Under the pieces are notes generated by a model. The model was not told where the DNA came from, made no database searches, and saw only the letters and a program-made list of their open reading frames with translations. Positions 6,674-15,999 of a DNA stretch of 32,000 nucleotides are shown here, one piece after another. A program made the translations under genes and the position numbers. Source of the stretch: Magnetococcales bacterium (GTDB lineage Bacteria > Pseudomonadota > Magnetococcia > Magnetococcales > Magnetaquicoccaceae); contig JADGAZ010000017.1 in the NCBI GenBank assembly GCA_015231755.1, positions 16,891-48,890 of the forward strand. The letters run 5' to 3'. How positions within the stretch are numbered: position 1 is the stretch's first letter; each line of letters opens with the position of its first letter.

Positions 6674-8968
6674 ATGAATCGAACGCTCAAGCGGTGGCTC
6701 CAGTGGACGGTTGGCGTGTGTCTGGTGTTGTTGATCACACTGTTGACCGTTCCTGTATGGATGCATCCCAATCAATACCGGGCACCGATCATCTCTTTTG
6801 TGAAAGGACTCACCGGTCGCCAGTTGACGATTCAAGGCGACGTGCGGTTTGCCCTGTTTCCCAATCCGGAGTTGATTCTGCGGGATCTTGCCCTGGCGGA
6901 TGACCCGGCGTTCGGTGCGGATCCCATGGCGCAGGCCCAGGCTCTGGAGGTCGGGGTGCGGTTGTTGCCCTTGTTGACCGGTCGTGTCGAAGTGGATCGG
7001 GCTGAAGTCAAGGGGCTGACCTTGCGGCTGGTGCGGGATGGTCAGGGGCGGTTCAACTGGGAGCAGAGCCTAGTTCCACAGGCGGGGCAGTCGGTGGACA
7101 ACACCCGTGCGGCGGGCCTGCCGGAGTCGGCGGTGGATCGTTTGTTGTCTGTGTCGGCGGTGGGGGTCGAACTGACCGGCGCGACTTTGCTGTGGCAGGA
7201 CCGTTTGAACCATGTGGATGGGCGTCTGGAGGGCGTCGAGTTGAAGACCGGTCCGATCCATCCGGGTCGTCCTGTGGCGGTGACTTCGGCGTTTCGTTTT
7301 GTCGAGGCGGCCAGCCGGCTCAACGGTCGCGCCGAGATGAAATATCAACTGCGGGTCGCTCCCGGTGGGCGGATGTGGATCGACGGGTTGGAACTCTCGG
7401 TCAACGCCGGGGTGCCGGGTCTGGGCATCCGGGAGGTCAAGAGTCGTTTCGCCGCCGATGTGGCTTTGGATTGGCGGGGATTGCGGGCTACGTGGAACCG
7501 GATGGATCTGGCGGTCAATCTGTGGTCGGATGCGGCCTGGGCCCGGGAGATGAATCTGGGCTTTCAGGGGCGCATGGACATGGATCTGACCAGTGGGCGG
7601 ATGGTGGCGGCGAAGAGTCAATTGACCGTGGCCCTGAAGGCCAACGATTGGCCTCCGGCGGGTGTGCAGGCCCGTCTGGTGTCGGATTGGGTGGCGGATC
7701 CTCGGGATCTGTCCCTGGCGTTGGATGATTTGGCCTTCGAGGGGCCTGCGGGAGCAAAGGTCAAGGGGGCGCTGCGTTTGCGGGAGCGGTTGTCCGTGGT
7801 GGAAGGCAGTCTGATGGCCGAGCGATTTGATTTCCGGGCCTTGCTGATCGCTTTGGGGCGGACCGTGCCGACGAATACCGAAATGAAGTTTTGTTCCGGG
7901 GCCGAAGGCGAGGTGGATTTCGTCTGGAAGGATCGGGAGTTGACCGTCTCCCGGTTGGCGCTGGGACTGGATGGGAGCCGTGTGACCGGATCCATGGCGG
8001 TGGCCCTGGCGGGGCCGGCGGTGCGTTTCGATTGGGAACTGGATACCTTGGCTTTGGAGCGGTTGCGGTCTTTGTTGCCGGATCGTGGTGTTGCCGGGGT
8101 GGTGATGACCAGCGGCAAGGCGGTGCGGGGCGAGGAGCGGACGGAGGCGGTTGCGGGGCGTTGGCCCTGGTCGTGGTTGAGTCGTGACCTGGTGATCGAT
8201 GGGCGGTTGCATGCGGGAGAGGTGACTTTGGCCGGGGGGCGGTTTGCGGATCTTTCCATGGTGCTGGAGGCCAGGGATGGGGTGATGCGTCTGGATCCTC
8301 TCTCCTGGTCTGCTTACGGGGGGCGCATGGCGGCCCGGGCTGTGGTGGACAACCGGGGTGACGAGCCGCAGGTGGTGGTGGATCATGCCCTGGAGGGGGT
8401 GAATCTGGGACCTTTGTTCCAGGAGTGGGGCGGGTGGAGCGGTTTGGACGGGGTGGGGGCGTGGATGGTGCATCTGGAGGCCCAGGGGAGTACCCGGGAG
8501 GCCTTGACCCGTTCGGCCCGTGGTCAGGCGCAGTTGCGGGTGAACGATGGGGTGGTATCCGGCATGAATGTGGTGGGCAGGATTCGTCATGCCCATGCCT
8601 TGTTCAGCCGTTCTCCATTGCCGACTGCAGGGGCGGAGGAGACGGTTTTTTCCACGGTGACCGCCACGGCGGAGATGCGTGACGGTGTGTTGGTCAACGC
8701 GGATCTGGAGGCCATGGGGTCGGCCTTGCGGGTGTTTGGCGCCGGACAGGTGGATTTCGTCAAGCGGGGGATCGATTATCAGTTGCAAGCCGATGTGGTG
8801 CCTGCCTTGCAGGGGGTGGCATCGGATGTCGAGCGGTATCAGGGGGTGACGTTGCCGTTGTCGTTGCGGGTTCCTTGGGACGGGGTGAAGCGTTTCGAGG
8901 CGGGTGTGCCGGAGTTTCCCCGTGGGGGGACGGTCTTGTTGCGTGAGGATGACAAGCAAGGTTCATGA
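6674..8968 (+). CDS. AsmA-family outer-membrane biogenesis protein
   Basis: 764 aa. N-terminal signal anchor (WLQWTVGVCLVLLITLLTV), then the AsmA N-terminal pattern (FVKGLTGRQLTIQGDVRFALFPNPELILRDLALAD...VEVDRAEVKGLTLRLVRDGQGRFNWEQ). The C-terminal AsmA_2-like region is also present (VNDGVVSGMNV..., GAGQVDFVKRGIDYQL). Confidence 0.8.
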   Translation: MNRTLKRWLQWTVGVCLVLLITLLTVPVWMHPNQYRAPIISFVKGLTGRQLTIQGDVRFALFPNPELILRDLALADDPAFGADPMAQAQALEVGVRLLPLLTGRVEVDRAEVKGLTLRLVRDGQGRFNWEQSLVPQAGQSVDNTRAAGLPESAVDRLLSVSAVGVELTGATLLWQDRLNHVDGRLEGVELKTGPIHPGRPVAVTSAFRFVEAASRLNGRAEMKYQLRVAPGGRMWIDGLELSVNAGVPGLGIREVKSRFAADVALDWRGLRATWNRMDLAVNLWSDAAWAREMNLGFQGRMDMDLTSGRMVAAKSQLTVALKANDWPPAGVQARLVSDWVADPRDLSLALDDLAFEGPAGAKVKGALRLRERLSVVEGSLMAERFDFRALLIALGRTVPTNTEMKFCSGAEGEVDFVWKDRELTVSRLALGLDGSRVTGSMAVALAGPAVRFDWELDTLALERLRSLLPDRGVAGVVMTSGKAVRGEERTEAVAGRWPWSWLSRDLVIDGRLHAGEVTLAGGRFADLSMVLEARDGVMRLDPLSWSAYGGRMAARAVVDNRGDEPQVVVDHALEGVNLGPLFQEWGGWSGLDGVGAWMVHLEAQGSTREALTRSARGQAQLRVNDGVVSGMNVVGRIRHAHALFSRSPLPTAGAEETVFSTVTATAEMRDGVLVNADLEAMGSALRVFGAGQVDFVKRGIDYQLQADVVPALQGVASDVERYQGVTLPLSLRVPWDGVKRFEAGVPEFPRGGTVLLREDDKQGS

Positions 8969-9032
8969 TGCGTGTTGACTGTGAGGAACGCATGGAATGG
9001 GGGATGGGTGTGATGGGTGGACGGGTGGTGCC

Positions 9033-10145
9033 ATGACGTTGCCATTGATCGACATTATTGCCGGAGCGCGACCCAATTTCATGAAGATCGCGCCGATCAT
9101 TCATGCCTTGTTGGCCAGGGCGGAGTCGGAGCGGCGTTTGGGGTTTCGTTTGATTCATACCGGGCAGCATTATGATGCGCGCATGTCCGGGGAATTTTTT
9201 ACCCAGTTGAACATTCCCGCACCGGAGGTCAATCTGGAGGTGGGGTCCGGCACTCAAGCCGAGCAGACGGCGGCCATCATGATCCGGTATGAACGGGTGT
9301 TGTCGGAGCGTCCGTCGGTGTTGTGTGTGGTGGTGGGGGATGTCACCTCCACCATGGCCTGTGCGATTGTGGCGCAGAAGTTGGGCATTCCGGTGGCGCA
9401 TGTGGAGGGGGGGATTCGTTCCGGGGATTGGACCATGCCGGAGGAGATCAATCGCATGGTCACGGATGCCATCACCAATCATTTTTTTACCACCAGTCGG
9501 GTGGCCAACGACAATTTGCGGCGTTTGGGGGTGGAGGAGTCGCGGATTTTTTTTGTGGGCAACACCATGATTGATACGTTGCTGGCCAATCTGTCCCGGT
9601 TGCGGCCTCCGGTATTTTGGGAGGAGTGGGGGTTGGCATCCGGGGGATATTTTCTGTTGACGTTGCATCGTCCGGCCAATGTGGATGGTGAGGTACAATT
9701 GGGGCGTTTGCTGCGGGCTGTCGGGGAGGCGGTACGTGGCATGATGGTGATTTTTCCGGTGCATCCCCGCACGGCCAGGAATTTGGCGGGGTTGAGTGGT
9801 TTGCCGGAGAATGTGCGTTTTGTGGATCCTCAGCCGTATTTGGAGTTCAATTATCTGGCCCGTCATGCCCGGGCTGTGATTACCGATTCGGGGGGGATTA
9901 CCGAGGAGACCACGGTGATGGGGGTGCCGTGCATGACTTTGAGGGATACCACGGAGCGGCCTGAAACGGTGACGGTGGGGACCAATCGGTTGTTGGGGAC
10001 CGATCCGGACCGGATCAAGCCGGCGATGGATGTGTTGTTTGCCGGGGCGTGGCAGCAGGGGGGCATTCCGGAGTTGTGGGATGGTGGGACCGGGGAGCGG
10101 ATTGTGGGGATTTTGGAGGGGTTGTATGGTAGGGGCGGCGATTGA
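9033..10145 (+). CDS. wecB: UDP-N-acetylglucosamine 2-epimerase (non-hydrolysing)
   Basis: 370 aa from the ATG at 9033. Family motifs present: GARPNFMKIAPI, HTGQHYD, LEVGSGTQAEQTA, VVGDVTSTMA, HVEGGIRS, MPEEINR, SGGITEE. The ORF-track start at 8997 adds a Gly/Trp-rich leader that is unlikely to be real. Confidence 0.9.
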   Translation: MTLPLIDIIAGARPNFMKIAPIIHALLARAESERRLGFRLIHTGQHYDARMSGEFFTQLNIPAPEVNLEVGSGTQAEQTAAIMIRYERVLSERPSVLCVVVGDVTSTMACAIVAQKLGIPVAHVEGGIRSGDWTMPEEINRMVTDAITNHFFTTSRVANDNLRRLGVEESRIFFVGNTMIDTLLANLSRLRPPVFWEEWGLASGGYFLLTLHRPANVDGEVQLGRLLRAVGEAVRGMMVIFPVHPRTARNLAGLSGLPENVRFVDPQPYLEFNYLARHARAVITDSGGITEETTVMGVPCMTLRDTTERPETVTVGTNRLLGTDPDRIKPAMDVLFAGAWQQGGIPELWDGGTGERIVGILEGLYGRGGD

Positions 10146-10159
10146 TCACTCTTGAAAAT

Positions 10160-10207
10160 AAAGAGCGGGTCTGGGAGATGAATTTCTAAGACCCGCTCTT
10201 TATTTTA
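10160..10207. terminator. Bidirectional intrinsic terminator between convergent wecB and engB
   Basis: Perfect 13-bp stem AAAGAGCGGGTCT (10160-10172) / AGACCCGCTCTTT (10189-10201). Flanked by GAAAATA on the 5' side and ATTTTAT on the 3' side. Confidence 0.8.
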
Positions 10208-10242
10208 TATGGTTTTTATATCGTTCAATGGTTGGAGCGTGA

Positions 10243-10863
10243 TCAGCCGTCGCCGAGAATTTTTTCCAGATGCTGCCACAATTCGGCCACCCCATCCCCA
10301 TTGAGGGACGAAACCGCCACCGGAGGCGCCATGGCCAAACGGGTGGACTCACGGATCTGCCCGGCAAGCGTCATCAACGCCTGACGCCGGGGATTGGCCT
10401 TGAGCTTGTCGATTTTGGTGGCCACCGGCAAAAAACCAATGCCCCGTTCCTCCAAATAGGCGATCAACTCCAGATCGGAATCCAATAATCCACGACGGGG
10501 ATCCAAAAGCAGAATGACTCCACGCAACGAACGCCGCTCGTTGAAATAGGCCTCGGCCACCCGATCCCACACCAAACGTTGATTGCGCCCCACCTCGGCG
10601 AAACCGTATCCGGGCAGATCGACAAAACGACCCTGAGTGCCAACCAGAAAAAAATTGATCTCCCGGGTTCTTCCCGGGGTGCGACTGACGCGGGCCAGAT
10701 TGCGCCGATTGAGCAACCGGTTCAAAATCGAGGACTTGCCCACATTGGAACGACCGGCGAAAGCCACTTCGGGCAGATCGTCCGGCGGAAATTGCTGACG
10801 CGACACCGCACCGGCAATGAATTGCGACGACAGACCGGCGTGAATCGGAGTGGATGTTTGCAT
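10243..10863 (-). CDS. engB: Ribosome-biogenesis GTPase YihA/YsxC (EngB)
   Basis: 206 aa. G1 GRSNVGKSS, RTPGRTREINFF, DLPGYGFA, G4 TKIDKL. Confidence 0.92.
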   Translation of the reverse strand: MQTSTPIHAGLSSQFIAGAVSRQQFPPDDLPEVAFAGRSNVGKSSILNRLLNRRNLARVSRTPGRTREINFFLVGTQGRFVDLPGYGFAEVGRNQRLVWDRVAEAYFNERRSLRGVILLLDPRRGLLDSDLELIAYLEERGIGFLPVATKIDKLKANPRRQALMTLAGQIRESTRLAMAPPVAVSSLNGDGVAELWQHLEKILGDG

Positions 10864-10944
10864 GGCGTGACTGGCTCCTCACAGGGCCGTTGGACTATCA
10901 TCAAGAGGAATTTCACCACCCTTTATGCAAGAGAACGTCAAGGA

Positions 10945-11952
10945 ATGCAAACCCGCGATCCACTGACCACCCTTTTCGCCATCCGGGAAACCGGTCGGCC
11001 TCCCCTGATTCTGGCCCCCATGGCCGGTGTGACCGATGCCCCGTTTCGCGCTTTGGCCAGCCGGTTCGGAGCGGATTTGACCGTATCGGAAATGATCGCC
11101 TCCCAGGCCATGATCCGAGGCATCGCCCGCTGCCTCAAACAGTCGGCGAGCGGCGATCCGGAAACCACTCTGGCGGTGCAGATCGCCGGAGCCGATCCCG
11201 CGGCCATGGCCCAGGCCGCCCGCATGCAGGTGGATCTGGGAGCGGAGATGATCGATATCAACATGGGCTGCCCGGTGCGCAAGATCGTCGGCACCGGAGC
11301 GGGAGCCGCCTTGCTGCGGGATGAGTCCCTGGCGGGCCGGATCATGGAATCCGTCGCCCGGGCCGTGTCGGTGCCGGTGACGGTCAAGATCCGCCTTGGC
11401 TGGGATCACCACACCCGCAATGGCGTGACCATGGCCCGCATCGCCGAATCCGCGGGTATGCGCGCCATCGCGATCCATGGCCGCACCCGGGCGCAGATGT
11501 ACTCCGGTGTGGCGGACTGGGAGGCCATTGGGGAGATCAAGAGTCATATCCGGATCCCGGTCATCGGCAATGGAGACATCACCTCCCCGGAACAGGCGCG
11601 GGAACTTTGGCATAAAAGCGGAGTCGATGGACTCATGATCGGGCGGGCCGCGCTGGGGCGTCCCTGGATCTTCCGGGAGATCGGCCATTTTCTGGCCACG
11701 GGACAGACCCTGGAGCCTTTGCCGTTGTCGGAACGTGGAGCCGTGATTGTTGACCATTTTCATGCGATGATCGCCCATCACGGTCCCAGGACCGGACATC
11801 TGTTGGCCCGCAAGCATCTGGGCTGGTTCACGCGGGGCTTTCCGGGTGGAGCGGCGTTTCGGGATCGGATCAATCACGCTCCCCATTCAGAGGCGGCACT
11901 GGAAATGTTGGACGCATTCCTCGATACCACATTGGCATCACGGGCGGCATGA
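10945..11952 (+). CDS. dusB: tRNA-dihydrouridine synthase B (NifR3 family)
   Basis: 335 aa from the ATG at 10945 (LILAPMAGVTDAPFR, DINMGCPVRKI, HGRTRAQMYSG, WEAIGEIK, GNGDI, MIGRAALGRPWIF). The 10579 start in the ORF track would overlap engB antisense and is rejected. The stop overlaps the ntrB start (ATGA). Confidence 0.9.
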   Translation: MQTRDPLTTLFAIRETGRPPLILAPMAGVTDAPFRALASRFGADLTVSEMIASQAMIRGIARCLKQSASGDPETTLAVQIAGADPAAMAQAARMQVDLGAEMIDINMGCPVRKIVGTGAGAALLRDESLAGRIMESVARAVSVPVTVKIRLGWDHHTRNGVTMARIAESAGMRAIAIHGRTRAQMYSGVADWEAIGEIKSHIRIPVIGNGDITSPEQARELWHKSGVDGLMIGRAALGRPWIFREIGHFLATGQTLEPLPLSERGAVIVDHFHAMIAHHGPRTGHLLARKHLGWFTRGFPGGAAFRDRINHAPHSEAALEMLDAFLDTTLASRAA

Positions 11953-13025
11953 CCACTTTGACGCGCGATCTGTTTTTTTCCCCGGCCACCCTTTGGGATC
12001 ATCTGACCCTGGGGGTGGTGGGCGTGGACGCTTCCGGCGTGGTGCGTGTGGTCAACGACGCCGCCGAAAAGCTATTCGGAAAACCCCGTGGCCGCTTGAT
12101 CGGTCAGGAGTTGGAGAGCTTGTTGCCCGGTCATCCGGTGGCCATGGATCTATTGACCCGTGCACGGGCGTTGCTCATGCCCTGTCGCATCCGCGACGCC
12201 CGCCTCACCCCCTCCCCGGAACGGATGGTGGCGGTGGCCCTGACCGCCGTGCCCCTGCTCTCCCCGGATGGGGCCTGGATGGGGGCCATGCTGCAAATGG
12301 AGGAACTGGGCAGCACCGTGCGCATCGAAGAGGGCAAACGCATCCACGATGCCTTGGACTCGTTGGGAGATCTGGCCATGACCGTGGCCCACGAGGTGAA
12401 AAATCCCCTGGCGGGCATTCGTGGCGCCGCGCAACTCTTGGAAGGCCGGGCCACAGGGCCGGACGCCGATTGCGTGGAGTTGATCCGTACCGAGGTGGAT
12501 CGGGTCAGCCGACTCCTGGATGACCTGCTGGGACTGGCGGAAAAACAGTTGTTGCGGGAACGGGATCTGAACATTCACGAAATTCTCGATCATGTGGCCC
12601 GGGTGTGCGTCAGTTCCGGAGAGCGGCCCGCCCCGCAATCGGATTACGACCCCTCGTTGCCGCCGGTGCGGGGGGATCGGGATCAGTTGATCCAACTGTT
12701 CTTGAATCTGGTGAAAAATGCCATGCAGGCCGCCGGAGCCGAGGGACGGGTGCGGCTGGTGACCCGTTTTTCCCAGAGAACCCGCATGGAACAGGGCCGC
12801 CGTCGCCGTCACATCGAAGTCGAGGTGCGGGATAACGGATCCGGAGTGCCGGAAGAGATGCGTCAACGGATCTTTTTGCCCCTGGTCTCCACCAAGGCGA
12901 GCGGCACCGGGTTGGGATTGTCGATCTGCCAGAAGATCGTCCAGGCCCATGGCGGCCAACTCGAAATGGAAAGCATGCCCGGCAACACCATTTTCCGGGT
13001 ACTTTTACCGGTGGGATCCCCATGA
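11949..13025 (+). CDS. ntrB: Nitrogen-regulation sensor histidine kinase NtrB
   Basis: 358 aa. PAS-like N-terminus, H-box AHEVKNPLAGIRGAAQLL, N/G1/G2 boxes (LVKNAMQA, DNGSGVP, GTGLGLS). Classical dusB-ntrB-ntrC position, with 4-nt overlaps on both sides. Confidence 0.85.
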   Translation: MTTLTRDLFFSPATLWDHLTLGVVGVDASGVVRVVNDAAEKLFGKPRGRLIGQELESLLPGHPVAMDLLTRARALLMPCRIRDARLTPSPERMVAVALTAVPLLSPDGAWMGAMLQMEELGSTVRIEEGKRIHDALDSLGDLAMTVAHEVKNPLAGIRGAAQLLEGRATGPDADCVELIRTEVDRVSRLLDDLLGLAEKQLLRERDLNIHEILDHVARVCVSSGERPAPQSDYDPSLPPVRGDRDQLIQLFLNLVKNAMQAAGAEGRVRLVTRFSQRTRMEQGRRRRHIEVEVRDNGSGVPEEMRQRIFLPLVSTKASGTGLGLSICQKIVQAHGGQLEMESMPGNTIFRVLLPVGSP

Positions 13026-14536
13026 GTGCAACCCGGACCATCCTGGTGGCCGATGACGACCGGGCCATCCGTTTTGTGTTGGAACAGGCTTTGGTGCGGG
13101 CCGGATTTCTGGTGCGCTGTTTCGATTCCGGCCGGGCGTTGCTGGATTACGCGTCCGGCGGGGCCGGGGATCTGGTGATCACCGATATCATGATGCCCGG
13201 TGGCTCGGGTCTGGACATCATGAAGACCCTCAAATCCAGTCGCCCCTGGCTGCCGGTGATCGTGATCACGGCGCAAAGCACCCTGCGACATGCGGTGCAG
13301 GCCTTCGAGGGGGGAGCGTTCGAGTATCTGGCCAAACCGTTCGATATCCATCAGGTGGTGGAGCTGGTCCAGCGGGCCTTGGAACAGACTCAGCGGGTCA
13401 CGCCACGGGATCGGGATCCGGCCCACGAGATGGACCGCTTTGGTGGAGTGATCGGGGCTTCGCGGGCCATGCAGGAGTTGTTCCGCACCATCGGACGGCT
13501 GGCCAACTCGGACATGACGGTGTTGATTCATGGCGAGTCGGGCACGGGCAAGGAGTTGATCGCCCGGGCGGTGCATGCCAACAGTCCCCGGCGTAACGGC
13601 CCGTTCATCGCGGTGAACATGGCGGCCATTCCCGCCAATCTGATCGAAAGCGAATTGTTCGGGCATGAGAAGGGAGCTTTCACCGGCGCCATCGCCCGTC
13701 ATGTGGGCCACTTCGAGCGGGCCCGGGATGGGGCGTTGCTGCTTGACGAGATCGGCGACATGCCCCTGGAGGCCCAAACCCGGCTGTTGCGGGTGTTGCA
13801 GAACGGCGCCTTCACCCGGGTGGGAGGCGCGGAGACCCTGCGGGCCGATGTGCGCATCATTGCCGCCACCCATCAGAATCTGCCGGCGGCCATTATTGCC
13901 GGACGGTTTCGCGAGGATCTGTTCCACCGGTTGAACGTCACGCCGTTGCATGTGCCTTCGTTGCGCTCCCGGGTGGAGGATATTCCGGTGCTGGCGGAAT
14001 TTTTTCTGGCCCGCGCCGCCCGTCAGATGAACGCCCCCCCCAAACGCTTCACCCCGGAAAGCCTGGAACAGCTCATGGCCTACGACTGGCCGGGCAATGT
14101 GCGGGAACTGGAAAACCTGATCTATCGGCTCATGGCCCTGACCCCGGGGGTGCTGATCCATCCGGAATATCTGCAACTGCCGGTTGCGGGGAGCAAGGGC
14201 GTGGTGGGGACCGGAGCGTCCATGTCCGCGCCATCCGGAGCGGAATCGGGGTCCGGAGGGGCGGTTTCCCTGGAAGATGCGGTGGATCGGGCCATCAGTC
14301 GTTATTTGGTTTCACTGGCTGGCCGGGAGCCGGATGATTTGTACGACGCCATCATGGGTCAGGTGGAACGTCTTCTTTTGGAACGGGTTTTGCGCGAAAC
14401 CCGGGGCAATCAGGTCAAAGCGGCCCGCATGCTCGGGATCAATCGCAATACCCTGCGCAAAAAAATTCAAGAAGCCCGGCTGGGAAACCAGGATATCGAC
14501 GATCGAATCCTTGACACAGAGGCCGAGGCTTTTTAG
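13022..14536 (+). CDS. ntrC: Sigma-54-dependent response regulator NtrC
   Basis: 504 aa. Receiver domain (ILVADDD...DLVITDIMMPGGSG), AAA+ sigma-54 activator core (GESGTGKELIARAVH, ESELFGHEKGAFTGA), C-terminal Fis-type HTH (AARMLGINRNTLRKKI). Confidence 0.92.
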   Translation: MSATRTILVADDDRAIRFVLEQALVRAGFLVRCFDSGRALLDYASGGAGDLVITDIMMPGGSGLDIMKTLKSSRPWLPVIVITAQSTLRHAVQAFEGGAFEYLAKPFDIHQVVELVQRALEQTQRVTPRDRDPAHEMDRFGGVIGASRAMQELFRTIGRLANSDMTVLIHGESGTGKELIARAVHANSPRRNGPFIAVNMAAIPANLIESELFGHEKGAFTGAIARHVGHFERARDGALLLDEIGDMPLEAQTRLLRVLQNGAFTRVGGAETLRADVRIIAATHQNLPAAIIAGRFREDLFHRLNVTPLHVPSLRSRVEDIPVLAEFFLARAARQMNAPPKRFTPESLEQLMAYDWPGNVRELENLIYRLMALTPGVLIHPEYLQLPVAGSKGVVGTGASMSAPSGAESGSGGAVSLEDAVDRAISRYLVSLAGREPDDLYDAIMGQVERLLLERVLRETRGNQVKAARMLGINRNTLRKKIQEARLGNQDIDDRILDTEAEAF

Positions 14537-14563
14537 GATGCACTGCACACAAGGCAGACAGGA

Positions 14564-14878
14564 ATGAATCCAACCCCGTCGGAGTCCGACTCCGACTCCG
14601 AAACCCCTCCATCCCCACCACCCGTTGCACCCCACGGGTTGGGAATGGCCATGCGCATGAGTACCGAACTGGTCTCTGCGGTTTTTGTGGGCGGGGGGAT
14701 CGGTTATCTGTTGGATTACTGGCTCGGAACCAATCCGTGGTTGACCCTGGTGTTTTTTTTCTTCGGGTTGGCTGCCGGGTTTCGTGACATGTACCGTTTT
14801 GCAATGCAGAGTACCCCAGGTCGGAAGGGGGGTGAAGGAGACGGTTCGCCGCTCCGTCGTCCCAAGGAACCACGCTGA
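14564..14878 (+). CDS. atpI: AtpI/AtpZ-family F0F1 ATP synthase accessory protein
   Basis: 104 aa. Two hydrophobic helices (STELVSAVFVGGGIGYLLDYWLGT, PWLTLVFFFFGLAAGF). Position immediately upstream of atpB. Has a Ser/Asp/Pro-rich N-terminal extension. Confidence 0.7.
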   Translation: MNPTPSESDSDSETPPSPPPVAPHGLGMAMRMSTELVSAVFVGGGIGYLLDYWLGTNPWLTLVFFFFGLAAGFRDMYRFAMQSTPGRKGGEGDGSPLRRPKEPR

Positions 14879-14902
14879 AGTCAAAGAGGCCGGAGACCGG
14901 AA

Positions 14903-15700
14903 TTGCTCATGGATGTTTCCTTCATCGCCGCCGCGCATGCCGAGACCGCACACAACGTGGCGACTGCGGCTCCGAAAATGGATCCATTGCACCACTTCCA
15001 GGTGGTGAATTACATCAAGATCGCGCCCTTCGGTTTTGACATTTCCATTTCCAATTCAGTGTTGTGGATGTGGATCGTCGTCGCGGTGGTCTACGGGCTG
15101 TTCCGTCTGGCGATGCGTCATCCCACCCTGGTGCCGGGACGGCTGCAAAGCGTGGCCGAGGCCGGATACCTGTTCGTGGAGACCATGATCAACGAAATCA
15201 TCGGTCACGAAGGCAAAAAGTTCTTTCCGATCATTTTCACCCTGTTTTTCTTTGTCCTGTTTTGCAACTGGACCGGTCTGATCCCCGGATCCTTCACCGT
15301 CACCTCCCAGTTGATCGTCACCGGGACGCTGGCCTTGGGGATTTTCGGGTTTAGCATTGTGCTCGGGGCGTATCATCATGGCTGGAAATTCCTGGGCTTT
15401 TTTGTTCCCCATGGCCTGCCGCCGGCCCTGCTGCCGTTGATGGTGCCCATTGAGATCATCTCCTTTCTGGCCCGTCCGATTTCCCTGTCGGTGCGTCTGT
15501 TCGCCAACATGACCGCCGGTCACACGGTGCTGGGGGTGTTGTTCTTCTTCACCGCCACCATGGCTTGGTTCGGCGCCTGGTTGCCGTTCGGCTTCACGGT
15601 GGTGTTCACGGGCATGGAAATTTTCATCGGTTTCATCCAGGCCTACATCTTTACCATTCTGACGTGTGTTTACATCAACGATTCGCTGCATATGCACTGA
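14903..15700 (+). CDS. atpB: F0F1 ATP synthase subunit a
   Basis: Family pattern MDPLHHFQV..., LSVRLFANMTAGH with the essential Arg, and IQAYIFTILTCVYI. The start is uncertain: TTG 14903, ATG 14909, or the internal ATG of MDPLHHF. Confidence 0.92.
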   Translation: MLMDVSFIAAAHAETAHNVATAAPKMDPLHHFQVVNYIKIAPFGFDISISNSVLWMWIVVAVVYGLFRLAMRHPTLVPGRLQSVAEAGYLFVETMINEIIGHEGKKFFPIIFTLFFFVLFCNWTGLIPGSFTVTSQLIVTGTLALGIFGFSIVLGAYHHGWKFLGFFVPHGLPPALLPLMVPIEIISFLARPISLSVRLFANMTAGHTVLGVLFFFTATMAWFGAWLPFGFTVVFTGMEIFIGFIQAYIFTILTCVYINDSLHMH

Positions 15701-15771
15701 TCGCGAATGTGATGTTTTTTTGTCCCTGGGACTTGGTTTTATTTCGTTTGCATGAGGAGAGACAAAAAATT

Positions 15772-15999
15772 ATGGAAAGCCTTCCCGCCTCTTTCATCGG
15801 AATGGGTTTGGCCGCCACGGGGTTGGGTGGCGCTGGCATTGGGTTGGGGTACATGTTTGGCAAGGCCATCGAGGCTTTCGCCCGGCAGCCGAGTGCCGAA
15901 GGTCAGTTGGCCAAATATGTGTGGATTGGGGCCGCGTTCGTGGAAGCCATCGCCTTGTATGGTCTGGTTCTGGCCTTCATCATCATGGGTAAAGGCTGA
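15772..15999 (+). CDS. atpE: F0F1 ATP synthase subunit c
   Basis: 75 aa from the ATG at 15772 (GAGGAGA RBS at 15755-15761). Hairpin of two helices with the ARQP loop and carboxylate (FARQPSAEG...FVEAIALYGLVLAFII). The 15565 start in the track lies inside atpB and is rejected. Confidence 0.93.
   Translation: MESLPASFIGMGLAATGLGGAGIGLGYMFGKAIEAFARQPSAEGQLAKYVWIGAAFVEAIALYGLVLAFIIMGKG

Noticed and set aside
7070-8959. 629-aa minus-strand ORF antisense to the AsmA-family gene (plus several shorter internal ORFs)
   Set aside because: It is a Pro/Arg/His/Gln-rich shadow frame. The plus frame has the signal anchor and AsmA N- and C-terminal patterns.
10579-10944. Upstream extension of dusB to the 10579 start in the ORF track
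   Set aside because: It would run antisense through most of engB. Homology-like sequence begins only at MQTRDPL (ATG 10945).
8760-14176. Antisense ORFs over wecB (8760-9866), dusB (10879-11886), ntrB (12150-12959) and ntrC (12863-14176)
   Set aside because: All lie opposite strongly recognisable genes and have Arg/Gly/His/Pro-biased, motif-free translations.
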